From positions 145,410-209,409 of the forward strand of contig DFEZ01000011.1 of NCBI GenBank assembly GCA_002369415.1: a DNA stretch of 64,000 nucleotides. The letters run 5' to 3'. This DNA comes from Bacillales bacterium UBA3789. Lineage in GTDB: Bacteria > Bacillota_I > Bacilli_A > RF39 > UBA660. Shown here one piece after another: positions 40,894-50,100 of this stretch; position 1 is the stretch's first letter; each line of letters begins with the position of its first letter. The position numbers were made by a program, and so were the translations under genes. The notes beneath the pieces were generated by a model. It searched no databases. It saw nothing but the letters and a program-made list of their open reading frames with translations, and was not told the origin of the DNA.

Positions 40894-40921
40894 AAAGAGA
40901 TATTAAATCTCTTTTTTTATT
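40894..40921. terminator. Bidirectional intrinsic terminator between convergent pyrH and addA
   Basis: AAAAAGAGATATTAAATCTCTTTTTTT: 8-bp stem flanked by A-run and T-run. Confidence 0.6.
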
Positions 40922-43900
40922 TCTTTAAATACTTCATCTATTATTGAATATAAATAACACCCAGTCTTTTTATTTGTCTTTTCTTCAATATATTTTCTAT
41001 ATCCATTAAGTTGTTTAATATAGTTTTCATCATCAATATTTTTTAATTTATAATCAATAATAATCATTTTATCTGAACATTCAATAAGTAAATCTATTAT
41101 TCCATGAGAAATATTATTATCTTCTTTATAAACAAATTCATACTCTTTATACATCTTATTATTAAGATTATCTTGGATTAAACTATTACTAATAAATTTA
41201 GATATTTTATTTCTAATAAATTCATCTTCTATTATATTCTCATCATAATTATTAAAGTCAATTTCTTCTAATAATTCATGTACTTTAGTACCATATTCCA
41301 ATAGTTCTTTTTCTTCTTTTGATATTAAATGAAGACTTTCTTTAGAGTAATGACTCTTCTCTACTTCATTAGAATTTATAGATATTTCTTTTACTATAAG
41401 TTTGTCTTCGTCTAACTCTAAATCATTAGACTCTTTCTTTATTGTTAATAAATAATCTTTAGTTCCTTCTATATCTGTTTTAACAATATATGGAAGTAGT
41501 ACTGAATAGATACTTTTCATAATAGATAAATAAGAATTATAATTTTCTCTTTCATAAGATGGTACTAAATCAAATACTTCTTTTTCTTCTTCTAGTTCTG
41601 GCATTACTATTATCATTTTTTCTTTTGCTCTAGTAAGTGCTACATATAAGACTCTTATTCTTTCAGATATTTCTTCCTTTTTATTATTAATTTTTAATAA
41701 TTTCTTTAAAATAGTATCCTTAAAATACTCATCTACTTTAGGAAGAATAATTCCATATTTATTATCAAATAATATCCTTTCATTTAGTTCACTAATATTA
41801 AATCTACTTGAGAATCCAGCAAAGTAACATATTGGGAATTCAAGACCTTTAGACTTATGAATAGTCATGATCTTACAACTATTACTAGAAGATGTATTCA
41901 TATTAAAACTAAGATCATAATCATTTTTGAATATATCTTCTAAGTAATTAATAAAATCATAAATAGTCATTCCTTCTTCTGAATATGAGTTTATTAAATT
42001 ATAAATATATTCTGCTCTTACTCTATAAGATTTTACATTACCAACACTAAGTAGTTTTTCTTCATAATTAACTTTATCAAGAACTAATCTATAAAACTCT
42101 GTTGGAGTTAAATAATCTATAGATTTAGATAAATCTAAACAAATAGAATATAACTCACTATCTTTAAAATTATCATTAATAAAGTAATTATATATTTCTT
42201 CATCACTTATTTTATAAAGAAAACTTCTACTTATAGATGTGAAATTATACTTAAAGTCTACATCATATCTATTTTCTCTAATACAAATTATTAATTTTAA
42301 TAGATTTCTAATTACAAATATATCTTGATCATTACTTAAAGACTCTTCTTTTAAAATTGATATTGGTATATGAAGATACTCAAATACTTTTTTATATAAA
42401 TCAAAGTTCTTACTTTTATCTAATAAAATTACAAAGTCATTATATTCTACATCTCTTAGAATTAAATTATCTTTATCAAATATTTGGAACTTATTTTCTA
42501 TTTTGTTTTTAATATCATTTCCAATTATAAATGCTTCTTCTTCATCTTTAGATACATTTAATTCTTTTTCATTATAAGTAATAATATCCATATCATAATT
42601 TTGATCAGTTTTTCCTTCATTAATATATGTATTATTACCAAATATCATTCTATGACTTACTTTGTATTCTGCTCCACCTATTTCATTATCCATGAATAAA
42701 TCAAATAATAAGTTTATATTTTTTAAGACATTTTCTCTAGATCTAAAGTTCTTTAATAGATCTATTTTTACTCCTTGATTAGAATTACTATATAAATCAT
42801 ATTTCTTTTTAAATATATATGGATTGGCATTTCTAAAACGATATATTGATTGTTTTATATCTCCAACCATATAAACGTTATTCTTAGATATAAGTCCAAT
42901 AAATCTTTCTTGAGTATCATTAGTATCTTGATATTCATCTACTAGTATTTCATTAAAACTATTAGTTAATTCTTCTCTTATGTTTTCATTTTCTAATACT
43001 ACTTTTATTGCGAGATATGCTATATCATTAAAACTAAACATTTCATTTTCTAATTTATAAGTATTTAGTCTTTTATTTAATTCTTTTAATATTTCTACTA
43101 TTACTTCTACATTATCCTTAGTAGATAATAATTCTTCTTTTATTTCTTCTTCTGAGTCATAAATACAGTATTCTCTAATTTGTTTAACTATATCAAAAAT
43201 TGTAGTTTTAATTCTTTTACCTTCATCAGGACTATTTTTAGGTACTACTACTGTTTTTACATCTATATTTTTAAAATCATCGTATGATTTTGCTCTTAAA
43301 AGACCAGATAAAGAGTCTTCTACTTTAGATATAAATTCTCCATCGAAGTATTCATTTAATTCTTTAAGTAAGTCTCTTATAGTATTCTTTTTAGACATAA
43401 GAATAGATGTATATTCTTTTATATATTCATTTATTTTGTAATCAGTAAATTCATTATTAAAATATTCATTTAAGAAATCATCTTTATCATATTTTAATTC
43501 TACTTTTTTATATACATTTAAAATACTATCTTTTAGACTTTTATCATCTTTTAGACAAAAATCATTTATTAGTTTTAAGAATTTTTTCTTTGGAGATAGA
43601 TAATATTCATCAAATATTTCATCTAATATTTCTTTTTTCTTTATATCTATTATTACTTGATCTGTTATTTTAATCTTATTAGTAATATTTAAGTATGTAT
43701 GATATTTCTTTACTATTGATAAAGCAAATGAATCAAATGTTGTGATGAATGCTGAATCAAGAAGATCTTTTTCTTTTTCAAGTCCTTCTGTTTTATTAAT
43801 AGTCTTTCTTATTCTTTCTTTCATTTCAGCTGCTGCGGCATTAGTAAAAGTTAATACTAATAGTTCGTTAATATGAACTCCACTTAATAGTTTTCTTTGT

Positions 43901-44007
43901 ACTCTAGCAGTTAATACTGCAGTTTTACCTGAACCTGCTCCTGCAGATACAATAATATTAGTTCCTTCGGTATTGATTGCTTGTTCTTGTTCTTCAGTCC
44001 ATGCCAT
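40903..44007 (-). CDS. addA: ATP-dependent helicase/nuclease subunit A (AddA)
   Basis: MAWTEEQEQAINTEGTNIIVSAGAGSGKTAVLTARV UvrD-like N-terminus; C-terminal RecB-family nuclease region; 1034 aa. Confidence 0.85.
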   Translation of the reverse strand: MAWTEEQEQAINTEGTNIIVSAGAGSGKTAVLTARVQRKLLSGVHINELLVLTFTNAAAAEMKERIRKTINKTEGLEKEKDLLDSAFITTFDSFALSIVKKYHTYLNITNKIKITDQVIIDIKKKEILDEIFDEYYLSPKKKFLKLINDFCLKDDKSLKDSILNVYKKVELKYDKDDFLNEYFNNEFTDYKINEYIKEYTSILMSKKNTIRDLLKELNEYFDGEFISKVEDSLSGLLRAKSYDDFKNIDVKTVVVPKNSPDEGKRIKTTIFDIVKQIREYCIYDSEEEIKEELLSTKDNVEVIVEILKELNKRLNTYKLENEMFSFNDIAYLAIKVVLENENIREELTNSFNEILVDEYQDTNDTQERFIGLISKNNVYMVGDIKQSIYRFRNANPYIFKKKYDLYSNSNQGVKIDLLKNFRSRENVLKNINLLFDLFMDNEIGGAEYKVSHRMIFGNNTYINEGKTDQNYDMDIITYNEKELNVSKDEEEAFIIGNDIKNKIENKFQIFDKDNLILRDVEYNDFVILLDKSKNFDLYKKVFEYLHIPISILKEESLSNDQDIFVIRNLLKLIICIRENRYDVDFKYNFTSISRSFLYKISDEEIYNYFINDNFKDSELYSICLDLSKSIDYLTPTEFYRLVLDKVNYEEKLLSVGNVKSYRVRAEYIYNLINSYSEEGMTIYDFINYLEDIFKNDYDLSFNMNTSSSNSCKIMTIHKSKGLEFPICYFAGFSSRFNISELNERILFDNKYGIILPKVDEYFKDTILKKLLKINNKKEEISERIRVLYVALTRAKEKMIIVMPELEEEKEVFDLVPSYERENYNSYLSIMKSIYSVLLPYIVKTDIEGTKDYLLTIKKESNDLELDEDKLIVKEISINSNEVEKSHYSKESLHLISKEEKELLEYGTKVHELLEEIDFNNYDENIIEDEFIRNKISKFISNSLIQDNLNNKMYKEYEFVYKEDNNISHGIIDLLIECSDKMIIIDYKLKNIDDENYIKQLNGYRKYIEEKTNKKTGCYLYSIIDEVFKEIKKEI

Positions 44008-46310
44008 TACTCATCACCCCCTAAGAAATCTAAATTATCTTGTTTTTCTAAGTATTTAATATTATCTGGCTTCATGTAACATAAGTCTTTATACTGACAG
44101 AATTTACATGATATATTATCATTTCCATAGACTTTTGGATCTATATCAAACTTAGCAGATACTATATCTTTAGCATTTTCTTCTATTTTATTTTTTGTAA
44201 ATTTAATTAAATCAAACATAGTCTCATCATTAATTAGTTTAGTATATGATGAGAATCCTTTATCATCAGAATACTTCATACTTTTAATAAGTTCACTATC
44301 AGTATATGTTGAATCAAATCTTTCTAAGATATCTGTTTTATCAGTTGAATATCCTTTTAATAAGTATTTATCTTTAATATCTTTTTCTATATTCTTAGAC
44401 CATGTTGGATAATCATATAATATATTTTGATAATATATTCCAGTAAATATTGGATTTGATATTTCTTTTGAAAAATTAATTAAATAAAGGTATGCAGGTA
44501 ATTGCATATGAAGACCATATTTCATTGGTTCAATATTAGTATCAATAGTTCCTGTTTTATAATCTATTATTGAATAGTATGTATCTTCCATATTTTTATA
44601 ATACATAATCTTATCTATATAACCAATAAATTCAATTGAAATATCATTACTAATTGGAACAGTAAATTTCTTTTCATAATAAGCTTCATCATATCCAGTT
44701 AATAATTGTTGTTTCTTTAATACTTCTATAAAGTTTTCTAAATCTTTTCTTATTCTAACTAGTAATATTTTCTCTTTTAAGCTTAATTCTTTCTCTTCTA
44801 TATATTTGGTATACTCTCTATTAAAATCAAAGCCAGGAGTTAAATAAATAGATAATATCTTATGATATAGAGAACCAATGTAGGCTGCAAAAGAATCTTC
44901 ATAGATATTAAGTTTTAATACATAATTAATATAGTATTTAAAACGACATTCATTATAAGTATTAATTGATGTATATGATAGTCTTAATGGATAAGGCAAG
45001 TTCTTTAAATATGTATCATTATTAATACCAGTAAAGTTATTATCAAATTCTTTATAGTTAATATCATAATGAGTATTTAATTCTTTTAAATGTTTTTTCT
45101 TTTCTCCATATAAATAATAGTAATCAAGCATTTCACCTAATCTTATCTTATTATAAGTATTAGAAAGGGACCAATTATCATTATCTATATGATCTACATC
45201 TATACTTAGTTCATTTATAAGAGGAGATCTGTAAAAGGAGTTAAATGGTGTATTTAATTTATAACTTAAATATAGATTATTTATTCTACTTAATAGATAA
45301 CTTACTATATTCTTTTCTCTTGTATTTAGATAATCTGTTTTATACATATCAACTTCATCTTTCATAGAATCTGTAATATACTCAATATCTTTTCTCATTA
45401 CTGGTAATATATCTTGATTAAATCCTATTAAGAATACATGATCATCTTCCATAAATTCATATTTATATAAGTCTCTTATATTAACAGCATTATCTAATAA
45501 TATAGAGTCACTCTTAGTATTCTTTAATTTATCTATTAATAATTTATTATAAATAGGATCTTCCTCATCAATACTCGATAATTCTTCTAATATATTTATT
45601 ATCTTTTTATTTATACTATTTTTACTTGGATCATTTAAATCTAATTCTTTAGTTAATAAATAATCTTGTACTATTTTATTTCCATAAATAGTATCATTAA
45701 ATTCTATATTTATTGGGATATTATAATATTTAAATAGATTCTTAATTATATATAAATAATCATTAGATACATTAGTTAAATATATTTTATTTATATCTAC
45801 TCCACTATTTAATAATTCTATTATCTTTATACATACATAGTTTATTTCTTCTTCAATTGTGGTAAATTCTAATACTTTGTTTTTTATTTCTACTTTTGGA
45901 ATATCTAATTTATAATTAAGTGCTAATTCTTCATATTTATCTAAATCATAGTAATTGGATACTTCAATAGTTTTATCTTTAATATAGTCTTTAAACAACT
46001 TATTAAATACTAGTAACTTATTATCTATTAGTTCTTTTTTTATATCTCTTAAGAATAATAGTTTTTTATTATTATAGTCTTTATTAATATCTATTACATA
46101 TAAGTTATTTAAGTATACTTTAGCAACATCTAAATTAAAATTATATTTATTCATTAAGTAGTATATAGCATTATCATTATATGAGAAAAAATAATTATTT
46201 ATATATTCATTTTTAGTCATAAATTTAATACTATGTAGTTCATTACTATTATTTAATTCTTCTAGTATTTTTAGTTTTGTTTCATTTGGACATACTATTA
46301 TTTTTTCCAT
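44007..46310 (-). CDS. addB: ATP-dependent helicase/deoxyribonuclease subunit B (AddB/RexB)
   Basis: Directly upstream of, and overlapping, addA. C-terminal nuclease domain with Fe-S Cys cluster (CRFKYY ... CKFCQYKDLCY); 767 aa. Confidence 0.7.
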   Translation of the reverse strand: MEKIIVCPNETKLKILEELNNSNELHSIKFMTKNEYINNYFFSYNDNAIYYLMNKYNFNLDVAKVYLNNLYVIDINKDYNNKKLLFLRDIKKELIDNKLLVFNKLFKDYIKDKTIEVSNYYDLDKYEELALNYKLDIPKVEIKNKVLEFTTIEEEINYVCIKIIELLNSGVDINKIYLTNVSNDYLYIIKNLFKYYNIPINIEFNDTIYGNKIVQDYLLTKELDLNDPSKNSINKKIINILEELSSIDEEDPIYNKLLIDKLKNTKSDSILLDNAVNIRDLYKYEFMEDDHVFLIGFNQDILPVMRKDIEYITDSMKDEVDMYKTDYLNTREKNIVSYLLSRINNLYLSYKLNTPFNSFYRSPLINELSIDVDHIDNDNWSLSNTYNKIRLGEMLDYYYLYGEKKKHLKELNTHYDINYKEFDNNFTGINNDTYLKNLPYPLRLSYTSINTYNECRFKYYINYVLKLNIYEDSFAAYIGSLYHKILSIYLTPGFDFNREYTKYIEEKELSLKEKILLVRIRKDLENFIEVLKKQQLLTGYDEAYYEKKFTVPISNDISIEFIGYIDKIMYYKNMEDTYYSIIDYKTGTIDTNIEPMKYGLHMQLPAYLYLINFSKEISNPIFTGIYYQNILYDYPTWSKNIEKDIKDKYLLKGYSTDKTDILERFDSTYTDSELIKSMKYSDDKGFSSYTKLINDETMFDLIKFTKNKIEENAKDIVSAKFDIDPKVYGNDNISCKFCQYKDLCYMKPDNIKYLEKQDNLDFLGGDE

Positions 46311-46334
46311 ATAATCACCTATTTAATTATAACA

Positions 46335-46362
46335 TAAAAAAAGAGAACTTAACGTTCTCTTT
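46335..46362 (-). terminator. Intrinsic terminator after the 46361 gene (AGAGAAC-ttaac-GTTCTCT)
   Basis: Hairpin plus T-run; closes the giant-pilin-1 / 46361 transcription unit. Confidence 0.5.
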
Positions 46363-47098
46363 AAATTCTTTCTAAGCCACTATCTAAATAAAAATCTTCT
46401 CCAGGTATTTTAAATGCAATTACAAGGTTACCACCTTCACTATAAAATAGTATTACATCATTATAGTTATTTTGTAATTCATATTCTTTATTTTCATCTT
46501 TATTTAATCTTTCTGTTGCATCTTTAATTGTTTTAGCAATTTCTTCATCTTTTACTTGTTCAATTTCTCTTATTTCTTCTTGAGTTAATAATCTCTTTTC
46601 TTTTTTATCATAAGTAAATGCTTCATAACTCAATGATTTTCTTTCTTCTGTACAATAATCTGTTTGTTTTCTATGTACTCCAATTGAAATTATGAAATCA
46701 TTCTCAAATGGAGCAAATCTTACTTCATTATATAATCTGTAGTTATATTTACTTCTTGCTTTATCACAAGTACTATCATTCATATCTGATTTCTTTGCTT
46801 CTTCAAATAATCTTAATGTTTCTTTATTAACTCTTTCTAGTTCTTTATTTAATACTTTATAATCATATTTTATTTTTATTAAATCATAATAATCATATAC
46901 TGGTCCTTGACAATCTTCAAGTGAATTCTTTTTACATACTTTTAATTTATTAGAATTGTCATAATCCCAGAAATTTTTATTTTCTACTTCTTGTTCTTTT
47001 GATGTAAATTTATTAAAACCAAATACACCTAATATGATTAATAATATTAATACAACTACTGAAATAATTATTTTATTTTTATTTTTATTCTTTTTCAT
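46361..47098 (-). CDS. Hypothetical membrane-anchored protein, immediately downstream of giant pilin-like gene 1
   Basis: MKKNKNKNKIIISVVVLILLIILGVFGF signal-anchor; only 38 nt from the pilin-1 stop, so likely co-transcribed. Confidence 0.45.
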   Translation of the reverse strand: MKKNKNKNKIIISVVVLILLIILGVFGFNKFTSKEQEVENKNFWDYDNSNKLKVCKKNSLEDCQGPVYDYYDLIKIKYDYKVLNKELERVNKETLRLFEEAKKSDMNDSTCDKARSKYNYRLYNEVRFAPFENDFIISIGVHRKQTDYCTEERKSLSYEAFTYDKKEKRLLTQEEIREIEQVKDEEIAKTIKDATERLNKDENKEYELQNNYNDVILFYSEGGNLVIAFKIPGEDFYLDSGLERI

Positions 47099-47136
47099 AG
47101 TTTTACCTCTCTTTTATTTAAATAGTATACATAATC

Positions 47137-50100
47137 CTATCCTGGGCATGTAGAGTATGGGCAGACTGTATTATATCCACCTATACAGTTACGATAGATA
47201 TGTACCCAGTGACAATTACCATTCCAACATTGGTATGGAGTTTCTACATATCCATATAAATCTCCATAATACCAACTTGTATCTTCTGAAATAACATATA
47301 CTCTATCGTTACGTCCACCTAATGAGTGATAGATTGTACCAACGAAAGTACTATCATCTTTATAAGAACTATTATAAATTGCAGTCATTCCGGCACGACA
47401 CGCTGTTTTCCAAACACATCCTTTTGGATTATTTTCACCACAACATGATTGTGTAGTATTATATCCACATTTTGCTACGCTTCTATTTCCTGCTTTATCT
47501 ATTACAAGCATATAATTATAATATGTTGTTCCTCCACATGCTGTATTCAAAGCAGATGAACTTGACCATCCATTTGACCAAGCTATATCATTAGGATTTG
47601 AATAGTCTACTGTAGTTGCCATATAGTATCTAGCAGAAATACCACTGTATTCTACATTATTTATCTTATCATGTGATCCTGTATCACTCATTGATGATCC
47701 ACTTATACCACAAAGTGGAGTTGGAGGTTCAGGGTCCACAGGTGTATTACATGTTTTTGCAGCACATGATTCTTCGTTACCAGCTTTATCTTTTATTGTA
47801 AATGCTGGAACAGCTGTTGTCTTTCGTGCTGTATTTAGTGCAATTTCACCTTTAGCGGAATCGTCTGCAATACCACTTTCATTATCTGTTCCACCATATG
47901 TAAGTTTTAAATTTTTATTATTAGTCCATGAAGTAATACTACAATTTGCATATGAACATTTAGGAAGCACTGCATCTATTTTAACAACTTGATTATTTGG
48001 ACACGCATCTGAAACGTTACCAGCAACATCTTTAAATGTATAAGCTACTCCTGCTCCATTTGGTCCTCCATTAGATATATTTATACTTGTAGTTGTTGTA
48101 TATTTATGTGATTTTGTCTTTGATGCACAAGTACTTCCACCATCTTTATCACTACATTTACTTGTAACTACTACATAGTCACCTTTTTTCAACCATGTAT
48201 TTGATGGTGTTGTTGGTTGACCACTTGAATTATATTCAGCTTTTGTTGTTGAACATGTTGGTTTTGTGTAATCTATTTTTACTATTCTATTTGCAGGACA
48301 TTTTGTTGTATTGTCAGCATTATCTTTTACTGTTCCACCTTCATCTTTACCAGCTGCTCCTGCAGTTGTTGTTACTATTTCAAAATTATATAGATTAGAT
48401 AATGTTTTATATTCTTCATGACATCCTGAAACTACACTTTTTTGTGCCTTATCATTACATGTTGCTGTTACAGTTGCTGTTTCACCTTTCATTAACCAAC
48501 CATCTTCTGTGTTGTTATGTGTTTTTCTATCTCCTCCAGAATAAGTAACTTTTGTTGTACAATCAGGAGCTTTATGGTCTATTTTTATATCTTTAGTTGC
48601 TGCACAATTCACTGTATTTCCAGCATTATCAGTGAACGATCCACCTTTTCCTGCTCCTGCTGCTCCACCATTACTTATGTTAATATCATCTTTATATTCA
48701 TGTGAAAATACTTTTGAACTACACTCACTTATGCTTAATATTCCTTCTTTTTTTACATCATCACATGTTGCTGTTACAACAACCGTTTCACCTTTTCCTG
48801 CCCAGTCTGATTTAGAGAATTCTCCATCTCCTTCTGCTCCTTTTTCGTGATTCATTGTTCTTTCAACAGTACATTTTGGAGCTACTGTATCTAACCAAAT
48901 CTCTGGCTTGTGTGCAATATATCCTGAACAGTTATTGGCATTATCACACAATGCAAATTCAATCTTATCTTTTCCTTGATAATCCTTTGAGAATACGAAG
49001 GCTGTTTGATCTTTATCTCCATAATATTCGTTTTTATTTGTATCACTTGCTTCATTAACTAATAGTTTACCATTTAAATCATATACATTGTATTTTCCTT
49101 TATAGAAACCTGATACATTATCGTTTTTAAAGTTATTTGCGATATATGCTTTTACATATTTATTTGTCCATGTAGCTGGACTATAATCATTTCCGTTTTG
49201 AGCTCTTATATCATTCTTTTGAAGATATGAAGTATTTACTGTTAATCTTCTAACATTTGGTGCTGTCTTATCTACATATGCATTGATGTTTACGACTGTT
49301 TTATTTCCAGCTCTATCATATACTGTTAATTTACCCCATCTAACTCCATCTGTAGGTAATCCAATATCTATTGAATATGTATTATCATCAATGAATTTGT
49401 TTGTTGGAGTTTGAAAATCACCTAAGTCACTATCATCATTTGCATCTGATACTTTTTTCTCATCTGCAGTATATGTAGTTTTAGATTTTACTCCAGAAAC
49501 ATTTGTTTCCCATGTCCATGAAGCTAATTCGATATTATCTTTTGTAGTAACATGAATGACTGGTCCGTCTGGAGAATTACTTCCATTAAACCATTTGTTT
49601 TCATCTGCACCAGCATCAATTTTATATGTATTAAAATCTATTGTTCCTGAATTGTTTCTTCTATTACCATTTGCATCTAGTCCACCAACTGTCTTAGATG
49701 CAACTACTGGTTCATTGTCTCCTGCTTTTGCTTTAACTGTTACATTTACTTCTGGTTCTAGAATATCAACGTTTACTCTAACTAAACATCTATAGTCACC
49801 AGTTTCATCTCTTCTGTGGTTTGCATCTCCCGCATCATTCCAATCATCTGGAAGACTATCTTTTACTGGTCCATCATTTCCTGCATTATCCTTAATATAA
49901 ATCCAGGCATATTTTGCACCATATAGATATGGTTGAGTTCCATTAACTGTTTGATTATTTGGCCATGTTTGAGTAAATATTTCTCTTAAACATTGACTTC
50001 CATCACCATCTGAACATTTAATTTGAATACTCTTTCCTCTTCCGGCTTTTTCATATGCAGCACGGTTATACCATTCTCCTGGTTTTGCTTGAGTAAATTT

